In this document: in pieces, positions 42,301 through 50,017 of the stretch
Position numbering within the stretch: the stretch's first letter is position 1
Layout of the letters: the number at the start of each line of letters is the position of its first letter
From: an uncultured Actinomycetes bacterium
GTDB taxonomy: Bacteria > Actinomycetota > Thermoleophilia > UBA2241
Direction of reading: 5' to 3'
NCBI GenBank assembly: GCA_963767005.1
Contig: CAVYCN010000004.1
Location: forward strand, 509,479-573,478
Length of the DNA stretch: 64,000 bases
Program-made: the position numbers and the translations under genes
Notes under the pieces: generated by a model
Seen by the model: the letters and a program-made list of their open reading frames with translations, nothing else
What the model was told of the DNA's origin: nothing
Databases searched by the model: none

Positions 42301-43422
42301 ATGAACCCGGCTTTCGCGACTGATCTCTGTTCAGGGGTCTTGCAGGGCAGGCTTCCGTGCGTCGACGAGGTCGAGGCTCTCCTAAGCCTGCACGATGCCG
42401 ATGCTGCGGAGCCCCTCTTTGCTGCCGCCCGCGAGCAGCGTCGCCGCCACTTCGGCAACGCGGTCTTCCTCTACGGCTTCGTCTACTGGTCGACTCACTG
42501 CCGCAACAGCTGCAGCTTCTGCTTCTACCGCTCAGCCAATCGCCAAAGTCCGCGCTATCGAAAGGGCCGCGACGAGGTCGTGGAGCTTTGCCGCGCCCTG
42601 GCGGAGTCGGGCGTCAACCTGCTCGACCTTACCCTCGGCGAGGATCCCCTGCTCTTCGGCCGACGCGACTTCGCGCCGCTGGTCGACTTGGTCGGCGCCG
42701 TGCGGCGGGCCACCGATCTGCCGATCATGGTCTCGCCGGGAGTTGTCGATCGCTCCACGCTGGCTGCTCTCTCGAGCGCCGGCTGCGACTTCTACGCCGT
42801 CTATCAGGAGACACATACGCCCAGACTGTTCGCCCGCCTGCGCTGCGGCCAGGACTTCGACGAGCGTGTCTGGGCGCGGCGGGACGCACACGAGATCGGT
42901 CTGCTCGTTGAGGACGGTCTACTGACCGGCGTCGGCGACGGCGTCTCAGACCGGGCTCGCGCCGTGCTTGCCATGCGCGCCGCAGGCGACCAGCAGGTGC
43001 GCGCCATGACCTTCGTGCCGCAGCCCCAGACACCGCTCGGCTACCTGCGCCAACAGAGTAACTGGCACGAGCTTCTCGTGATCGCCGTCATGCGTCTACT
43101 CATGCCGGATCGCCTCATCCCAGCGTCGCTCGACGTCGAAGGCATCGAGGGCCTGAAGAGTCGCCTCGACGCTGGCGCCAACGTGGTCACCTCTCTCGTG
43201 CCGCCGCGCAGCGGGTTGTGCGGCGTAGCGAGGGCCGACTACGAGATCGACGACGGCCTGCGCACAGCTGAGGCGGTCCGCCCTCACCTGATGGAGCTCG
43301 GCCTGCGACAGGGCACACGGTCGGAGTTCGATTCGTGGCTCGAGGCTGCCCGCTCGCGTTACCTGATTCATAGCCTCGCGCACCAGCCGAAGAGCCACCT
43401 CGTTACCAGGAGTTCGCGATGA
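42301..43422 (+). CDS. pylB: Radical-SAM 3-methylornithine synthase
   Basis: VFLYGFVYWSTHCRNSCSFCFY (CxxxCxxC), DLTLGEDP, YQETH, VEDGLLTGVG, MTFVPQ..TP, IPASLDVEGIEG, AGANVVTSLVP. Confidence 0.92.
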   Translation: MNPAFATDLCSGVLQGRLPCVDEVEALLSLHDADAAEPLFAAAREQRRRHFGNAVFLYGFVYWSTHCRNSCSFCFYRSANRQSPRYRKGRDEVVELCRALAESGVNLLDLTLGEDPLLFGRRDFAPLVDLVGAVRRATDLPIMVSPGVVDRSTLAALSSAGCDFYAVYQETHTPRLFARLRCGQDFDERVWARRDAHEIGLLVEDGLLTGVGDGVSDRARAVLAMRAAGDQQVRAMTFVPQPQTPLGYLRQQSNWHELLVIAVMRLLMPDRLIPASLDVEGIEGLKSRLDAGANVVTSLVPPRSGLCGVARADYEIDDGLRTAEAVRPHLMELGLRQGTRSEFDSWLEAARSRYLIHSLAHQPKSHLVTRSSR

Positions 43423-43474
43423 GAGCTGGCGACGCAACCTTGTCGGCGAGCTCCATCTCCTCATGCGGGGCGCG

Positions 43475-43720
43475 ATGAACTTCGACGAAGCGGTCTGTGC
43501 CGGGAGACCTGCCTTCAACTGGCTGGAGAGCGGGCAGGTGCTCGGCTACGAGCCCAAAGACCGGACGGTGCGCATGCTCCCCTACCCTGCGACGCCTGGC
43601 GCCTGGCGCACGGCTCCCCTTTACGGTGTCCTGCTCCCTGAGGAGGGCTGGGGCCATCACTGCGGCTGCAGCTGTTGGCACTGCCGAAACGAAGCGACCC
43701 TCACCGGACTGGAGGAGTAA
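43475..43720 (+). CDS. Small hypothetical protein with HHCGCSCWHC motif
   Basis: Fills the gap between pylB and the DeoR-HTH gene, good codon usage; alternative start at 43463. Confidence 0.6.
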   Translation: MNFDEAVCAGRPAFNWLESGQVLGYEPKDRTVRMLPYPATPGAWRTAPLYGVLLPEEGWGHHCGCSCWHCRNEATLTGLEE

Positions 43721-43722
43721 CC

Positions 43723-44037
43723 GTGTCAAGCGATGTCGGTTGCCCGTATCAGGCAGCTAGGAAGATGGCGGTCTGGGAACGCCGCGCGCGGATTCTAGGG
43801 ATCCTCGAACAGCGGCTCTCGGTGCGGACCTCCTCGCTTGCCCGTCAGTTCGGGGTCACAGAGGCGACCATCCGCAGGGACTTGGAGCGTCTCGAGCAGG
43901 GCGGTCTCGTGGAGCGGTCTCATGGCGGGGCGTTGGCACTTCGAGCCCGGCGCATCTACGACCCGGCTGCTTTGCCGGGACGTCACATGTTGCTGGACCA
44001 CGGCCTTGGTGAACGGCCGTGGGGCGGCCGGCAGTGA
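43723..44037 (+). CDS. Stand-alone DeoR-type HTH protein
   Basis: ERRARIL..LARQFGVTEATIRRDLERLEQGGLVERSHGGA; GGAGG before GTG; no sensor domain; stop overlaps the pylD start (GTGA). Confidence 0.8.
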   Translation: MSSDVGCPYQAARKMAVWERRARILGILEQRLSVRTSSLARQFGVTEATIRRDLERLEQGGLVERSHGGALALRARRIYDPAALPGRHMLLDHGLGERPWGGRQ

Positions 44038-44858
44038 CTCGTCTTACCGAACACGACGTGCGCGATCTGGCCTGTCGCCTCGGGGGATTCGAGTGTGACC
44101 TGCGCGCCGTCAGCGGCCTCGACCTGCGTGATCTTGCCGCTAGGTCGTGCGGCCTCGACCCTCACTGGCTGCAGTTCGGCAAGGTCCGCACGGCGGCGGT
44201 GCCGGTCTCCTCGGGACAAGGCGCCATACCGTTCTTCTCGCAATGCATTGAGGTCATCCTCCGTCACCTCGGTTGTGATGCCTTCGTCACCCAGCAGCCC
44301 GACGTCAAGGGCATCCAGGAGGCGGCCAGCCGCGGCGCCGAGATCGTCTTTCTGGCAGATGACGACCGCTTCGTCGCACTGAATATCAGAAGCGGCGCCT
44401 GCGCCGACGACGACCCCTGCACCGCCAACGGCTACGTCACCGCCCTCGAGGCGGCGGCGGGCGGCCTCAGCCTGCGCAGCGTCGCCGTGCTTGGTCTGGG
44501 GCCGGTCGGGCGAGCGGCCACCCGACGGCTTATCCAGCTCGGCGCCACAGTGGTGGCGGTCGAGCCGGATGTGCTCCGGGCCACCTCCGCCGCCAGCGAC
44601 TACACACTGCGGATCGTCTCGCTGCCCGAGGCTCTGGAGGTCACAGACTATCTCTTCGACGCGACGCCGGCGGCCGACCTGATCGACCACGCTGCCGTTG
44701 GCCCCTGCACCGTTGCGGCCGTGCCGGCCGTGCCGAGCAGCTTCACAGCGGCCGCCCAGGCCGTGCTGGGCATGCGCCACATCCACGAGCCGTTGGCCAT
44801 CGGCGTCGCCGTCATGGCAGTGGAAGCGTTGACCGGTCGGACGAGCCCTGGAGCGTGA
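44034..44858 (+). CDS. pylD: 3-methylornithyl-N6-lysine dehydrogenase (pyrrolysine synthase)
   Basis: TRLT..D start, VPVSSGQGAI..F, DVKG, FLADDDRFVALN, GYVTAL, VLGLGPVG, IHEPLAIGVAVM. Confidence 0.88.
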   Translation: MTRLTEHDVRDLACRLGGFECDLRAVSGLDLRDLAARSCGLDPHWLQFGKVRTAAVPVSSGQGAIPFFSQCIEVILRHLGCDAFVTQQPDVKGIQEAASRGAEIVFLADDDRFVALNIRSGACADDDPCTANGYVTALEAAAGGLSLRSVAVLGLGPVGRAATRRLIQLGATVVAVEPDVLRATSAASDYTLRIVSLPEALEVTDYLFDATPAADLIDHAAVGPCTVAAVPAVPSSFTAAAQAVLGMRHIHEPLAIGVAVMAVEALTGRTSPGA

Positions 44859-44946
44859 GGTAGAGGTTGGTTCCCAAGCCTCAACATCGGCGCCTCGGCG
44901 GGCGTGAGCTCATCCGCCCAGGCCGCCGCCCCGACGTTCTGCACCT

Positions 44947-46041
44947 GTGACGCTCGTCGAGTCGCTGGAACTGCGGGTCGGTGCATCCGACCAAGCGGAC
45001 ACAAGCGTCGTCGAGAAGATTGGCTCGAGCTGCGGCGAGTTTGCCGGCGACGACGGACCTCTCCTCGAAAGCCTGGACGCCGCGGAGGGTGAGGGCGTAG
45101 AGGCGTTCGGTCTTCTGTCGCTCATGTCCGAACCTGTGATCGTCGATTCGGCAGAGGAAGCTCGTCTCGGCAGCGAAGAGCGGCTTGCTGGAGCTCCGGA
45201 GCGGGGTCCGGCCTTGGCCGTCGATGGCCTGCGCCATTACCTGCGACAGATCAGTCGGATACCGTTGCTCAGCGCCGTGCAGGAGGCTTCGCTCGCCGGG
45301 CGCATCGAGCGCGGCGACTCGATTGCTAGACGCCGCATGATCGAGTCGAACCTGCGACTCGTGGTACCAATCGCCAGGCGCTACGCGCGCGAGTCGCTGC
45401 CGCTGCTCGACCTCATCCAGGAGGGCAACATCGGCCTCATGCGGGCGGTCGAGAAGTTTGACTACCACAAGGGATACCGCTTCTCGACCTACGCCACATG
45501 GTGGATACGTCAGGCGGTCGCTCGCGCCGCATCCGAGCTCTCGCGCCCGTGCTGTGTCTCGAAGAACACGGCCGTGCAGTTGGACAGTCTGGGCCGCGTC
45601 CGCGGGTTCCTGTCGTCGGAGCTGGGTCGAGAGCCCACGGTCGGGGAGATCGCCGCCGACATGGGCATCACCCCGCAGAAGGTGCGCGAGCTGCAGGGGT
45701 GTCGGCTCACGCCGCTCAGCCTCGACACGCCGGTCGGCGAGTCGGGCGACTCGCGCCTGAGCGACATGATCGAAGACCGCGAGCTACCGGCGCCACTCGA
45801 GGTAGCCAGCCAGACTTTGCTGAGGGGGGATGTGGCGGAGCTGCTGTCGCTGCTCACCCTCCGTGAACGGACAGTGATGGAGGCTCGATTCGGCATCAAT
45901 CGCTCGGAGGCGGCATCCCTCAGGGAGGTTGGCGAGACGATCGGCCTTACGCGCGAGAGGATCCGTCAGATCGAGGCCAAGACCTTGGTCAAGTTGCGCA
46001 GCTATCGAGGGACTCTCCGTCTACGTGACAGCATCTCCTAG
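44947..46041 (+). CDS. RpoD/SigA-like sigma-70 factor (intact extra copy)
   Basis: [57 protein letters not shown]; start uncertain. Confidence 0.9.
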   Translation: MTLVESLELRVGASDQADTSVVEKIGSSCGEFAGDDGPLLESLDAAEGEGVEAFGLLSLMSEPVIVDSAEEARLGSEERLAGAPERGPALAVDGLRHYLRQISRIPLLSAVQEASLAGRIERGDSIARRRMIESNLRLVVPIARRYARESLPLLDLIQEGNIGLMRAVEKFDYHKGYRFSTYATWWIRQAVARAASELSRPCCVSKNTAVQLDSLGRVRGFLSSELGREPTVGEIAADMGITPQKVRELQGCRLTPLSLDTPVGESGDSRLSDMIEDRELPAPLEVASQTLLRGDVAELLSLLTLRERTVMEARFGINRSEAASLREVGETIGLTRERIRQIEAKTLVKLRSYRGTLRLRDSIS

Positions 46042-46242
46042 CGATACCGGCGTTGCGCGGGGTGGTCGCTGCCAACCGCGGGAATGGCCCCGCGCCTGCG
46101 CGTAGAGAGGCGCACCTGACTACTGATGCGGTAACGCGCGCCTTTCGCCGCACATGGCCCCGGTGCCGACCTTAAGCCGCCCGGATACGGGCGACGATCG
46201 GAGCCTGCCGGATGGGTGCCGCGCGGGCCGCAGGAGCTGCCC

Positions 46243-47163
46243 TCACCCACCCCGCAGGTCGGCCGCGAGACCGGCGACACCCTGGCCGCCCTCGATCTCG
46301 AAACGCGGCAGCTGGTAAGGATCGTCTCTGGTCGCATAGCCGAAGTTCTCGGTCGTGGCGTTCGAATACCCGGCGGCCCGCACGGCGGCGATCACGGCTG
46401 GGTCATACTTGCTCGAGGGGTAGCAGAAGCTGTTGACGGGGATGTGCAGCAGGCGCTGCAAGTAGCGACGGCTGGCGACCACCTGATAGCGCAGCTCAGC
46501 TGGGCTCAGCGTGGTGAGGTCGGGGTGGCTCACCGAGTGCGAGTCGATCTCCCAGCCCAGAGCGGCGAGACGGCGCAGCTGGACAGGATGAAGGTGACCT
46601 GCAGTGATCTCGTTCAGGACTCCCGGCCAGCCGTAGCGGCTCAGCACCGCGGGGGCGAAGCTGGCCTGTTCGGGGTAGCCGTTGTCGAAGGTGATGACGA
46701 TCGGCTTGGCCGGCAGCATGCCTGAGTGGTACCAGGCCCGCATGACCTCATCCAGGGTGACCGCCTGGTAGCCGTGGTCGGCAAGCCAGCGCATCTGGGC
46801 GACGAAGACGGCCTTGGCCACGTAAAGGCCGGGGTAGGGTTCGCCGGGCGGTGGGGCACCGAGGGCGTGGTAGACGAGGATGGGTACCGATCCGGTGTGG
46901 CGTCGCCAGCTGAGCTGGGGGCGGGCGTTGCGGACCAGGCGGCTGACCGCTTGAGCCGTCGGCGACGGCGAAGCCAGCCGAGTCGAGCTCGAGCGAGGTG
47001 AGGGGGTCGGGCTGGGAGCCGGAGTGCTGTGAGCGCATGCGCCAGCCAGGGCGAGTGTGGCGAGAGTGACGCCTGCTGCGAGGACACGGAGCGCGTGGGG
47101 GCGACGGCGCCGGATCTGCCGGCGGCACTGTGCAGTATCCGATAGGGCGCGATCTGCCGGCAT
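46243..47163 (-). CDS. Exported/lipoprotein CE4 polysaccharide deacetylase
   Basis: LAGAC lipobox-like segment, Pro/Ser linker, VPILVYH, TFDNGY, WEIDSHSVSH, FCYP; start uncertain. Confidence 0.8.
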   Translation of the reverse strand: MPADRALSDTAQCRRQIRRRRPHALRVLAAGVTLATLALAGACAHSTPAPSPTPSPRSSSTRLASPSPTAQAVSRLVRNARPQLSWRRHTGSVPILVYHALGAPPPGEPYPGLYVAKAVFVAQMRWLADHGYQAVTLDEVMRAWYHSGMLPAKPIVITFDNGYPEQASFAPAVLSRYGWPGVLNEITAGHLHPVQLRRLAALGWEIDSHSVSHPDLTTLSPAELRYQVVASRRYLQRLLHIPVNSFCYPSSKYDPAVIAAVRAAGYSNATTENFGYATRDDPYQLPRFEIEGGQGVAGLAADLRGG

Positions 47164-47177
47164 CCCAGGACGTCCGC

Positions 47178-48587
47178 CTAGCGGTCGCCGGCGGCGCGGA
47201 AGAGCTGCGGCAGCGTGACGAGCGAGTAGCCTCGAGCTCGCAAGTCGGCGATCAGGTTCGGCAACGCGGCCGCCGTCTGGGGTAACAGGTGCAGCTCGAC
47301 GATCGCGCCGGGACGCACCGCGGCGAGCACGCGGGCGACGATCACCCCCGCACCGGGCTGTGTGTAATCTGAGGGATCGACGCTCCAGAGCATGACGCGG
47401 GCAAAGCCGAGCGAGCCCGCCACCGCCAGGGTCGTTGAGTCGTAGCCGCCGTAGGGCGGACGGAAGTAGGGTACCGGCGTCGCACGCGCCACTCGCCACC
47501 AGGCATCGACGTCGCCCTCGATCTGCGCCTTGATCTGGGCTGGCGTCTCGGTCGTTGTCAGGATGTGCGACCAGGTGTGCGAGCCGACCACCTCGCCCCA
47601 AGCGATGGTGCGCCGCGCCAGCGTTGGATAGCCGACCACGTAGCGGCCGTTGACGAAGAGCGTGGCGTGGACGTGCGCGGCGTGCAAGGCCGCCAGCACC
47701 GCCGCCCAGCCGGCCTTGTCGTAGCCGTCGTCGAAGGTCAGGGCCACGCGGCGCCCGGCGTGGGCGACGCTGCGCCAGACGACAGCCCGTACGGGGTGGA
47801 AGTCGCGGAAGGAGCGCGCTCCGGAGAGCGCCCTGTTGCCGGCCGCGTCGCCTAGGGCAAGCCGCACCCGATACAGACCGGGCAGCAGGGCAGCGCCGTC
47901 GCCGTAGCGCGGCCACAGCCTAAGCTCACAGGCACCACTGGCCAGCACCGTGGCCGGGCGGCGCGCGACGAGCACCCCGTAGGCGTCGTAGAGGCAGGCC
48001 GCGACCTTCGCGGTGCTGGTCTCGTCATGCAGCGCGAAGCGCAACCTGAGGGGCGCGGTGCGCCGCAAGAGCGCCGGCGTCAGAGCCTGCCAGACCACTC
48101 GCGGGGGCTGCGTGGCGATGCGGACCTGCAGGCTCTGCGGCGTCTCGACGTTACCGGCGAGGTCGGTGGCGTAGTAGGCCAGGGCATGGACGCCGTCGCC
48201 TGCGTGATCGACGGGAGCGGCGAAGGCGACTTGAGCCGTGGTGCCAGGCAGGGTCACGAGGGCGCCGCCATCGACGCTGTAGCTGATCGAGGCGACACCC
48301 GCACCGTCGGCGTTGTCGCTGGCCGTCAAGGTCACCGTCACAGGCTTGTTGGTCCAGCCCTCGGGCGCACCGCTTGCCACGGTGACCGGCGGCGTCGTGT
48401 CGCTCGGAGAGGGCGAGGGCGAGATGCCCGCGGAGCTCAGCAACGGAGCGGGGCCCGCCTGCGAAGGGCCGTGAGCGCCGGCCAGGTCACTGCCGAAGGA
48501 GAGCAAGGCCGCGGCCACGAGAAGCAAGGCAAAGAGAGCTCCTCGTGCATACGATGCTGCTCGACGCACGTCCGACGACCGCATCAC
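47178..48587 (-). CDS. Secreted CE4 (NodB-like) deacetylase with beta-sandwich modules
   Basis: Signal peptide, DTTPPVT..YYATDLAGNVE module, VALTFDDG, GSHTWSH, YFRPPYG. Confidence 0.85.
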   Translation of the reverse strand: MMRSSDVRRAASYARGALFALLLVAAALLSFGSDLAGAHGPSQAGPAPLLSSAGISPSPSPSDTTPPVTVASGAPEGWTNKPVTVTLTASDNADGAGVASISYSVDGGALVTLPGTTAQVAFAAPVDHAGDGVHALAYYATDLAGNVETPQSLQVRIATQPPRVVWQALTPALLRRTAPLRLRFALHDETSTAKVAACLYDAYGVLVARRPATVLASGACELRLWPRYGDGAALLPGLYRVRLALGDAAGNRALSGARSFRDFHPVRAVVWRSVAHAGRRVALTFDDGYDKAGWAAVLAALHAAHVHATLFVNGRYVVGYPTLARRTIAWGEVVGSHTWSHILTTTETPAQIKAQIEGDVDAWWRVARATPVPYFRPPYGGYDSTTLAVAGSLGFARVMLWSVDPSDYTQPGAGVIVARVLAAVRPGAIVELHLLPQTAAALPNLIADLRARGYSLVTLPQLFRAAGDR

Positions 48588-48703
48588 GACAACCCCCGAT
48601 CTCCACGGCCCGCTCGCAGTCTACCTCGCGCCGAAGCGAGCGCTGTCGCGCCGGCCGCGTCCAGCGACAGCCTGCATTGCTCGCGGCCCATGGCCACCTG
48701 CCG

Positions 48704-49726
48704 TCACTCCCCGGTTCCGGTCCCCACGCCCGTCTGCAGAGAGAGCGCAAACGCGGCGAGGCTCTCGCCGCCCTCCACGCCGATGCGGTCCTCGTCGAAG
48801 GCCATGACGGGGGTGGCAAGCCCCGCGTCGCAGGTGCTCGCGCCCAGAAAGCCGGCGCGTCGCACCGCCGCGACGGCGGCGTCGTCGAACAGGCCGCGCG
48901 GGTAGCAGAAGAAGTCGACCGGCACGCCGAACAGGCGGCGCAGGGCCTCTCGCGAGCCGGTCACCTCGAAGCGAAGCTGCGCGGGCGAGGCGCGACACAG
49001 GTCGGGGTGGGTCATGGTGTGCGCGTCGATCTCCCAGCCCGAGCGGATGAGCATCCTGATCTCGGGCACAGTCAGGGCGCCGTTGGCGGCCGGCCCGTAC
49101 GAGTAGGGTGGCGGCAGGTCGGGTCCTAAGAAGCGCAGGCACTGGTAGAGCACAGCGGGCCAGCGCAGTTCAGCCAGCAGCGGCGCGACCGTGGTGAAAT
49201 CGCAGCGGTAGCCGTCGTCGAAGGTGAGCACGATCGGGCGTGCCGGCAGGCGGCCTTGTCCGTGCCAGTACCTGTAGAGCTGCCGCAGCGTGATCGCCTC
49301 ATAGCCCTGTGCGACCAGGTAGCGCAGCTGGGCGACGAAGGCCTGCGGTCTCACGAACAGATAGGGATACTGCTGGCCGACGCGAGGGGCCCCGATTACG
49401 TGGTAGCGCAGGATCGGCACGGCCAGGTCACGCGGCGCGGCGATCAGAAACGGTCAGCGGGGCGCCTGAAGGCAGGCGACAGGAGGGGGTAGCGCCGGCA
49501 GGTGCGGTGAGCGCCTCGTGTGTCGCATCCCCGTCGGGCGCACGTCAGCTGCTGGTGTCGGGCTGACGCGGCCGGCCGTTCGTCGATGACCTCTCGCAGC
49601 CGAGGACAGGCCGAGATCAGCGAGGGCAAGTGCGACGCCGAGCAGGCCGATAACGGCCAACTCGCGCAAGCGACGGTGGCGGCGAGCGCTGGGCAAGGCC
49701 TCGAAGCTGGGTGATCGGCCGGACAT
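48704..49726 (-). pseudogene. CE4 deacetylase with an in-frame TGA after its TM anchor
   Basis: ORF 49454-49726 (TM segment) is in frame with 48704-49420 (PILRYH, TFDDGY, HTMTH, FFCYP), separated by TGA at 49454-56. Confidence 0.6.
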
Positions 49727-50017
49727 CTCCGACCATGATAGCAGGCAGGTCGATCACGCGCCGGACATCGAGCGACCAAGGTTTGCGGCGTCGGGAAGCA
49801 CTCCTCGTACGTGATGTCAGAAGTCCGCTCAGGCGCACCTGACACTACGTGCGGTGAGTCCGCCATCTCGGCTGCAGTTCGCGTCGCCGCCGCCCCTGAC
49901 CAACGCCTCACATACTCCTTGTGGCCTCCTTGGCGACAGATGGCACGGTGCACCCTGTCTTTCTGGCGTCGCAGCTGTACTATCTGCATCAGCATCTAAG
50001 CCAGTGAGGGGGGCATC

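Noticed and set aside
42301-43422. Biotin synthase BioB or HydE
   Set aside because: The DLTxGEDP, YQETH, IPASLD and GANVVTS motifs and the gene context match PylB.
43475-43720. Small ORF as PylSn (CWHCR recalls the PylSn CxxC)
   Set aside because: It lacks the SRxGxLH and SxxSRxARWLRN motifs of PylSn.
49454-49456. Selenocysteine readthrough of the TGA
   Set aside because: It lies in a linker rather than a catalytic Cys position and no SECIS was recognised; a nonsense change is simpler.
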